Of a DNA stretch of 64,000 nucleotides, positions 58,019 to 64,000 are shown piece after piece. Every line of letters begins with the position of its first letter. The stretch's first letter is position 1. A model generated the notes under the pieces. That model was not told the DNA's origin. It searched no databases and worked only from the letters and a program-made list of their open reading frames with translations. Source of the stretch: Bacillota bacterium. Lineage in GTDB: Bacteria > Bacillota > Clostridia > Acetivibrionales > DUMC01. The DNA is taken from assembly GCA_013314855.1 (NCBI GenBank), contig JABUEW010000001.1:24377-88376 (forward strand). The letters are read 5' to 3'. The position numbers were made by a program, and so were the translations under genes.

Positions 58019-59029
58019 CTATATCTCAACCTTTCTCCCTGTAATTGCAGATTCTTCAACAGCCGCCAAAATCCTGTTGGTTTTATATCCTTCTTTTCCG
58101 GATACAATGGGTTCTCTGCCCTCAACTATTGCGTTTACAAAATCGTTTATAAGAGGATAGTGTACATTTTGATGGTTTTGTATCATAGTATTTGTAATTT
58201 CTTTCCCAAGCCCTTTTATTATCCGTGGATTCAATTGGACTTCAATATTTTCACTATCGCATGGTGCCAGTTTTACTCTTCCTAACGTACCCAGTATTTC
58301 AAATTCATCAGACCATAACTTGCTGTTCCAATTAAAACTTGCTAAACAGTGGGCGCGGTTTTCCATTTCCATAATAACACTGCATGAGTCTTCTACTTCA
58401 TAACTATGAGTTTGAGTGGTCATAATACTGCAAACAAATTTAGGCATACCAACAAGATCAATCATCATATCAAACTTATGGCTGCCCATATCCCATAAAG
58501 GCCCGCCTCCTGCTTTAGCTTTTTCAACCCTCCATGCCTTAGGGTCATTCTTATCAGGATTATACCAGGTATGGTATAAAATCCTTATCTGTATGATGTC
58601 TCCTATAATGCCTTCATTAATTATCCGTTTTACTTCTTCAAGTTTTGGGAAAAACCTTCTAAAATATGCTACCCCAAGCTTTACATTTTGCTTTTCAGCT
58701 TCTTTAATTAGTTCTTCACATTCACTATTTTTCAAAGCCATAGGCTTTTCAACAAGGACATGTTTCCCCCTTTTTAGTGCTTTAAGAGCGGGTCCATAAT
58801 GCAGAAAAATAGGTGTAGCAACATACACTGCATCTATTTCCTTATCTTCCAACATTTCATCAAGATCCAGGTACCTTTTTTGCACATTATGTTTTTCTCC
58901 AAAACTGTCCAATTCATTTTTGTACGGACTCATAACAGCCAATAGCCTGCTTTGAGGCTGGCTTTTAATTGCCGGCGCAACTCTTTTATTGGAAATGTCT
59001 CCACATCCTATCAATCCCCAATTTACCAT
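58019..59029 (-). CDS. Gfo/Idh/MocA-family oxidoreductase
   Basis: 336 aa with WGLIGCGDISNKR and HVLVEKPM. Confidence 0.85.
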   Translation of the reverse strand: MVNWGLIGCGDISNKRVAPAIKSQPQSRLLAVMSPYKNELDSFGEKHNVQKRYLDLDEMLEDKEIDAVYVATPIFLHYGPALKALKRGKHVLVEKPMALKNSECEELIKEAEKQNVKLGVAYFRRFFPKLEEVKRIINEGIIGDIIQIRILYHTWYNPDKNDPKAWRVEKAKAGGGPLWDMGSHKFDMMIDLVGMPKFVCSIMTTQTHSYEVEDSCSVIMEMENRAHCLASFNWNSKLWSDEFEILGTLGRVKLAPCDSENIEVQLNPRIIKGLGKEITNTMIQNHQNVHYPLINDFVNAIVEGREPIVSGKEGYKTNRILAAVEESAITGRKVEI

Positions 59030-59162
59030 AAACTAAACCTCCTATAACAATAATTTGACTTTATAATTAATCATTAAAAAGTTAGTATCAATAGCTACCT
59101 GTTCAATGTAACGCTTTATCATGTGCTTTGTTGCAATACCTTGCCTTATTATTGCCTTATTA

Positions 59163-60440
59163 TCATATTTCTCTAACTCTTGTAATTATTTTGTTTAACC
59201 CCCGGAAAAACTCATCGAATACACCTGCAATAGCAAGAGCAATTTCTACTTCCTTCCCTTCTTCCCATGTACCCGGCGTAAGTCTTGAAAACTCAAGAGT
59301 TGCCTCTGCTTCCGGAGGAGTAAGAATATCGGGCACAAGTTTTGGTATAATAGCATCTATATTTTCAACTTCTTCCCCACTATACAGTTTCCAGAAAACC
59401 TTGTACGGTGTCCTGTAAAACATGTTTCCAATACGTTTTAATTCGTTTTGAATTAACCATATACTATCAAAATATTCCGGAGCGTTAGCATAAAACCTTA
59501 AACGCCCCTTCATTAGCCTGCAAAACCTGCTGCTATCGAATATTAAAAGTTGTGGCTGAATTGGGACACTGGCTAATTCTTTTTTCCAATCTTCTATATT
59601 ATCTTTGCTCTCCTTAGGTACTAATGTAATATAATCACGTAATATCCCTTTTACTATTTGAAGTGCTTTAAATAACCTACCCTCCAATGCGGATAATTCA
59701 GGTTCTTCATATAATTCAGGCACTTCATAATGTTTTCCCAGAGCATAAAATATCTCATCGATGACGGTTGTAACCTCAGGCTCTAAAAATACTTCTTTTG
59801 CCATTCTCAAAGATTCCAGTTTACCTCGTATTGTCCTTTTTAATACTATTGACACTGCAGATTGTACAGGTGGCGTAAAATAATGCATCATCCTGCTATG
59901 AAGCGGGTACTTGCTCTCAAAAGCACCCAGGTTTATTGCCGGGTCTATTCCACGTATATAAGGGCCATAATATGAAATAAACTTTTTTAAATGGAAGTAT
60001 TCGTCTTTTTCACACCAAGGCTTTCTGGAAAATTCCATATTTGAACGTTCAAGCTCTTTTTCATTACTACACCTATATATACTCCATTGTCTGTATTCAG
60101 GGTAATATGTAAAATCGTCCGTATATTCATCCCAGGTAAGATTTATGCCAGGTAAATGTTCCAGTATACGGATCCATTTAGGAAACCTTTTGCACAGGTC
60201 TAAATGGATTTCCCCAACTGCAGTTGACATAGCACACCAGTCATCTACAGTCATACTATTAGAACAAATAAATCTTGTATCAAAATCGCTCATGCCTGGA
60301 ATCAAATCCTCAAAAGTCCATTTACCGGCTATAGCTTCTATTTTGGGAATATCCCTTTTACACTCAGTATAATAAGTTTCTATAAAGTCTTTAAAATCAT
60401 TTTCCGGGCATGGTTCAAAAATTATTGACAATATAGCCAA
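59163..60440 (-). CDS. Hypothetical protein, possibly nucleotidyltransferase-fold
   Basis: 425 aa. LIPGMSDFDTRFI resembles the G[SG]...D.D NTase motif. The TTG start is uncertain. Confidence 0.3.
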   Translation of the reverse strand: MAILSIIFEPCPENDFKDFIETYYTECKRDIPKIEAIAGKWTFEDLIPGMSDFDTRFICSNSMTVDDWCAMSTAVGEIHLDLCKRFPKWIRILEHLPGINLTWDEYTDDFTYYPEYRQWSIYRCSNEKELERSNMEFSRKPWCEKDEYFHLKKFISYYGPYIRGIDPAINLGAFESKYPLHSRMMHYFTPPVQSAVSIVLKRTIRGKLESLRMAKEVFLEPEVTTVIDEIFYALGKHYEVPELYEEPELSALEGRLFKALQIVKGILRDYITLVPKESKDNIEDWKKELASVPIQPQLLIFDSSRFCRLMKGRLRFYANAPEYFDSIWLIQNELKRIGNMFYRTPYKVFWKLYSGEEVENIDAIIPKLVPDILTPPEAEATLEFSRLTPGTWEEGKEVEIALAIAGVFDEFFRGLNKIITRVREI

Positions 60441-60645
60441 ACCCCTTTATAAAATTCTGGTTACAAGATATATTACTAGTTATAAACCATATTATATTTT
60501 ATATTAATAGTGTTAACTTTATTATAGTGTTAACTTTATTATATCTATTAAAAAAGTATGTGTCAATATATATAATTATTTTTTGTACATAATTTATACA
60601 TAATTTTTATACATAACCTACATATCACCTTGTCATATTAGTTTA

Positions 60646-61641
60646 CTACATCATTTTATCTGCCAGCTTCTGAGCTTCAAGAGCTGCTTTGGTGGATTTT
60701 AATGCATCTATGGTATCCACTACAGGCTTATGACTACTGTCCTTTATGCCCTTAAAGAAGTCTTCTGACATTGTAAAATTCCTGCTTTCTACCGGCACTT
60801 CCATAGGGGCTTTAGTATCGGTGCATAGAATTACTTTCGGGTCTAAAGTAAATACTTCAATCTGTCCTTTGGTGCCCACTATGAAAAATCTGCAATCACC
60901 ATGCAGCGGGAAAGCATCGGGAGTAAGCCAGTCTACTCTAATAAAACCTGTGCTTCCATCGGTCATTTTGAGTAATACCTCACCATTATCCTCAAAGTCC
61001 TTAAATTGCATAAATCTTCTATTTGAATGTGCTGCTCCAATTATTGATTCAACCTCTGCACCTGTAAACCACCTGAATACGTCAATATCATGCACTGACA
61101 GGTCATTGATTATCCCGCCGTATTGCTCTCTATTAAATACCCAGTCAGGTCTTGAGGCCGGATTTAACCTGTGTGGTCTGAATGAAACACAATTAACTAT
61201 TTCCCCTATTTCACCGGCTTCAATAAGCTTCTTTGCAGTATAAAGGGGAGGATTGTACCTTTCAGTAAGCATAAAATACAGCTTGGTTTCTGCCTTGTTT
61301 TTTATAAACTCCTCTATTCTCTCCAAATCCTCAATTGTGGTAACCAATGGTTTATCAGCAATAACATGTTTTTTTGCTTCCATTGCTTTTAATATAATAT
61401 CCGCCTTTGTATTGTTTACAGCAGCTGTAACAATAACATCAGCATCAGTCTTTTCAAGAAGCTCATCAATATTAGAATACGCGGCGGCATTAAACCTTTC
61501 CTTTCCCATTTCTCTAAATTTGCTGTTTTCATCGGCTACGCCAACAACTTTAATGCCTTCAATTTTTAATGCTTCCTCCATAAATCCATATACATGGAAA
61601 TGTGCAAGACCGGCAATTCCTATCTTAAAATTCATTTTCAT
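60646..61641 (-). CDS. Gfo/Idh/MocA-family oxidoreductase
   Basis: 331 aa with KIGIAGLAHFHVYGF and HVIADKPL. An alternative start is ATG 61635. Confidence 0.8.
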   Translation of the reverse strand: MKMNFKIGIAGLAHFHVYGFMEEALKIEGIKVVGVADENSKFREMGKERFNAAAYSNIDELLEKTDADVIVTAAVNNTKADIILKAMEAKKHVIADKPLVTTIEDLERIEEFIKNKAETKLYFMLTERYNPPLYTAKKLIEAGEIGEIVNCVSFRPHRLNPASRPDWVFNREQYGGIINDLSVHDIDVFRWFTGAEVESIIGAAHSNRRFMQFKDFEDNGEVLLKMTDGSTGFIRVDWLTPDAFPLHGDCRFFIVGTKGQIEVFTLDPKVILCTDTKAPMEVPVESRNFTMSEDFFKGIKDSSHKPVVDTIDALKSTKAALEAQKLADKMM

Positions 61642-61721
61642 CTTCTCCTTTCATTTTTCATTTATTAGCAAATTCGTTTCATGCTTATATAGGCGAGAAA
61701 CTTCTTAATGCCCGGGTTAAT

Positions 61722-62747
61722 TTAAGTTTCCAGTATTTGCTTTATTTGCTCCCTTTGTGATTCACTTAAAACAATTTTCCCAGCTTGGGCATTACTTTCC
61801 AACTGCTCCGGTGTTGACGAAGAAGGTATGACAGGACCCATGCTAGGTAAAGTGAGCATATAAGAAATTGCAAGCTGATTTAGCTTTATTCCCCACTCTT
61901 TTGCTAATTCTGCCAGCTTCCTAACTTTTTCATGGGTTATCTTGTCCTGATAAACCGATTTGTCACCCTCATCATATAGCCTGTCGCCAGGACCCACTTT
62001 TTCAATATCCAAATATCTTTCTGTCAAAAGTCCTCTAGCCAGGGGGCTCCATGCAATGTAAGATATACCTGACTCTGCCGCATAAGCTAATGTCCCTTTT
62101 TGTTTTTCATTTTCACCGTTTAAAATGTCAAACTGATTTTGTACAGCAATAATTCTGCATCTTATAGACATTTTTTCTTCTACCATCTTATACATTGATA
62201 ACTGCACTGGTGTAAAATTTGATACCGCAAAATAACGTATCAGGTCCCGCTTTACTAAATCCTCTATTGCAGCAAGGCTTTCTTCTATTGGAGTAATTGG
62301 GTCGAAAGCGTGAAAATAAAGTATGTCTATGTATTCCAACTGAAGCCGCTTAAGACAAGCATAAACCGAATCAAGAATGTTTACTCTGGAGAGACGGCTA
62401 TGGTTCGGTGTTATTCCATCCATTCCACCAAATATTTTTGTTGCTAAAACAATATTTCTTCTCTGGTCGGGGTTTGATTTAAACCATTTTCCTATAATCC
62501 TTTCAGAATTTCCCGTACCATTATTATAACGGTTAGCTGTATCCCAAAAAGTAACTCCTAACTCCAAGGCCCGGTCAAAGATTTTAAATGCAGTCTTTTC
62601 ATCCACCCTGGATCCGTCCCCTGTTTCGGGATAACCGAATTTCCACGTGCCTAATCCAATGTTAGAAGCTCTCAAACCTGATTTGCCTATTAGACGGTAA
62701 GGCATTCCGTTAAACTCTTCGGTTGACCATGGTATACCCTGTGCCAT
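61722..62747 (-). CDS. Aldo/keto reductase
   Basis: Start moved to ATG 62747 (AAGGAGGGG RBS; MAQGIPWST...). Has IGLGTWKFG, FWDTANRY and YIDILYFH. Confidence 0.85.
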   Translation of the reverse strand: MAQGIPWSTEEFNGMPYRLIGKSGLRASNIGLGTWKFGYPETGDGSRVDEKTAFKIFDRALELGVTFWDTANRYNNGTGNSERIIGKWFKSNPDQRRNIVLATKIFGGMDGITPNHSRLSRVNILDSVYACLKRLQLEYIDILYFHAFDPITPIEESLAAIEDLVKRDLIRYFAVSNFTPVQLSMYKMVEEKMSIRCRIIAVQNQFDILNGENEKQKGTLAYAAESGISYIAWSPLARGLLTERYLDIEKVGPGDRLYDEGDKSVYQDKITHEKVRKLAELAKEWGIKLNQLAISYMLTLPSMGPVIPSSSTPEQLESNAQAGKIVLSESQREQIKQILET

Positions 62748-62925
62748 GTTACCCCTCCTTGTATAATAGTTCTTGTACACTATAGCACTTATATAACTAT
62801 TCAGTTACAAATTACCACATGAAGATAGCTTTGTCAAATAAAATTTTACTCAATAACTTAATATTTACTTTTCAATAGATTATGATATCATTTAATATAA
62901 TTAAAGAGAGTTTGAGAAAAAATCA

Positions 62926-63819
62926 ATGGAGGCAACAATGATATACTTTACATTCTTTGCATTTTCGATATTGAGGGGTCTTAATGCAATAGCTGTTAAA
63001 ATGGCCCAGAAAGGGCATATAAAAAATTTGCATGATTCCATTTATTTTACTATACTTTTTTCATTTTTCCAGCTTGTTTTTATTTTCCTGATTCCTCCAT
63101 GGTATAAGTATACATTCAGGCCGGATATGTTTCTATACCCGGCCTGCTTTGCCATATTTTATTTAATTTCCTACATACTGCTTATTAGTTCCCTGAAGGA
63201 AGGCCCAACATCCCTGACTAATGTAGTATACAGTTTCCAGTCAATTGTGCCTATAATAGTAAGCCTCATCCTGTGGAAAGAAAGCATGGGTGTATTTCAA
63301 GTTATAGGCCTGGTTTTATTTACTATAGTTTTGATATTATTCAACAAGGGTTCTTATAATGAAGGAGCCGAGTCCCGGAAAATAAGCCTTAAATGGGTTT
63401 TATTAGCCGGTTCCAGTACCCTTGCAGTAGGTATAGCTGTAATATTTACAAAGCAGTATATGTTGACATATGATGGTTTTATTAAAGAATATTTAATCAT
63501 ATATAACCTTATTGTAGCAATACTAGGTTTACCATACTTAACTGCCTTGGTCCTTATGAAAAAGCAAAACTTCCCTTTTAATAGTAAGTTTTTACTTTAT
63601 ACTGCTTCACCTGCCCTTATAACTGATATAACCAATATGATTTATATGTTTTACATAACAAAGTTCAAGTCTGCCTTATTTTTCCCTCTAATGAGTATAC
63701 TTAATATAATTTCCGTAGTAATATTCAGCCGGATTATTCTAAAAGAAAGCGTTTCAAGGACTGCTTATGCAGGAATAATACTAAGTTTTGCAGCAATTTA
63801 TCTATTAGGAACTAAATAA
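62926..63819 (+). CDS. Multi-pass membrane protein, DMT/EamA-like transporter
   Basis: 297 aa, about 10 hydrophobic segments. The likely real start is ATG 62938 (GGAGG 5 nt upstream). Confidence 0.5.
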   Translation: MEATMIYFTFFAFSILRGLNAIAVKMAQKGHIKNLHDSIYFTILFSFFQLVFIFLIPPWYKYTFRPDMFLYPACFAIFYLISYILLISSLKEGPTSLTNVVYSFQSIVPIIVSLILWKESMGVFQVIGLVLFTIVLILFNKGSYNEGAESRKISLKWVLLAGSSTLAVGIAVIFTKQYMLTYDGFIKEYLIIYNLIVAILGLPYLTALVLMKKQNFPFNSKFLLYTASPALITDITNMIYMFYITKFKSALFFPLMSILNIISVVIFSRIILKESVSRTAYAGIILSFAAIYLLGTK

Positions 63820-63910
63820 ATTCACAATCAGTAGATTTTCTATTATAATATAAATAGAAAAATTATAGTATAATCAAGCAAAGAAAAATGGGAAAGGTGA
63901 ATGCTTTTTT

Positions 63911-64000
63911 ATGATGGCCAAGGTTAAACAAAACGACAAATATCAAGTTTTCATGAATAAAGCCAGCGAAGTATTTAAAAAGTCAATCCCTTTTAAAATT
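63911..64000 (+). CDS. 5' end of an unidentified gene, truncated by the window edge
   Basis: ATG ATG GCC AAG... gives MMAKVKQNDKYQVFMNKASEVFKKSIPFKI and stays open to the end of the window. GGAAAGGTG lies upstream. Confidence 0.3.
   Translation, partial: MMAKVKQNDKYQVFMNKASEVFKKSIPFKI

Noticed and set aside
29313-62747. Reading the DegT/Gfo/AAC(3)/phosphoesterase genes as an aminoglycoside-type biosynthetic gene cluster
   Set aside because: No glycosyltransferases, cyclitol synthase (DOIS-like) or exporters of the usual kind are present. The genes are interleaved with importers, solute-binding lipoproteins, hydrolases and substrate sensors, which favours catabolism. The idea is retained only as a minority alternative in one finding.
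1-64000. CRISPR arrays, tRNA/rRNA genes, riboswitches, prophage or classical defence or toxin-antitoxin genes
   Set aside because: No spaced repeat arrays, no cloverleaf-capable GC-rich segments and no recognisable riboswitch cores were seen in the intergenic regions. All sizeable ORFs carry metabolic, transport, regulatory or transposase motifs.

Overview
AT-rich, low-GC Gram-positive style sequence, probably Clostridia-like. This is inferred from AGGAGG-type RBSs, LplABC-type ABC importers with lipoprotein binding proteins, and membrane-anchored AraC one-component sensors. I count about 50 protein genes, and all but 4 are on the minus strand. The window reads as one large accessory catabolic island for a carbohydrate that also carries amide or amino groups. 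It is built from paralogous modules: 4 GH42-like proteins, 3 transglutaminase-like Cys-His-Asp proteins, 2 peptidase-C45 Ntn hydrolases, a tandem-domain nitrilase-superfamily protein, 2-3 deacetylase-like proteins, 5 Amidohydro_2 proteins (one with an in-frame TAG), 3 DegT-type aminotransferases, 3 Gfo/Idh/MocA oxidoreductases, an AAC(3)-type N-acetyltransferase, a metallophosphoesterase, a BNR/Asp-box propeller, 2 ABC importers, 2 AraC sensors and 1 ROK regulator. The candidate undescribed system is a repeated association, seen 4 times, of an amide-bond hydrolase, a transglutaminase-like protein and a GH42-like protein whose catalytic NEY motif is replaced. No substrate can be assigned from sequence alone. 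The island is heavily remodelled. It holds an intact IS (IS5/IS1182-like transposase), a decayed IS3-family element, and two 243-bp copies (97.5% identical) of a hairpin-forming MITE, each with its own flanking direct repeat. The two MITE copies are inverted and bracket a self-contained 13.9-kb regulator+transporter+enzyme module. There is also a deletion scar (promoter copy fused to a 15-codon permease remnant), a leader/hairpin element present 3 times, and a 55-nt element forming the 3' ends of two unrelated genes in different reading frames. I saw no rRNA, tRNA or CRISPR. All family calls rest on motifs read by eye and no database search was possible.
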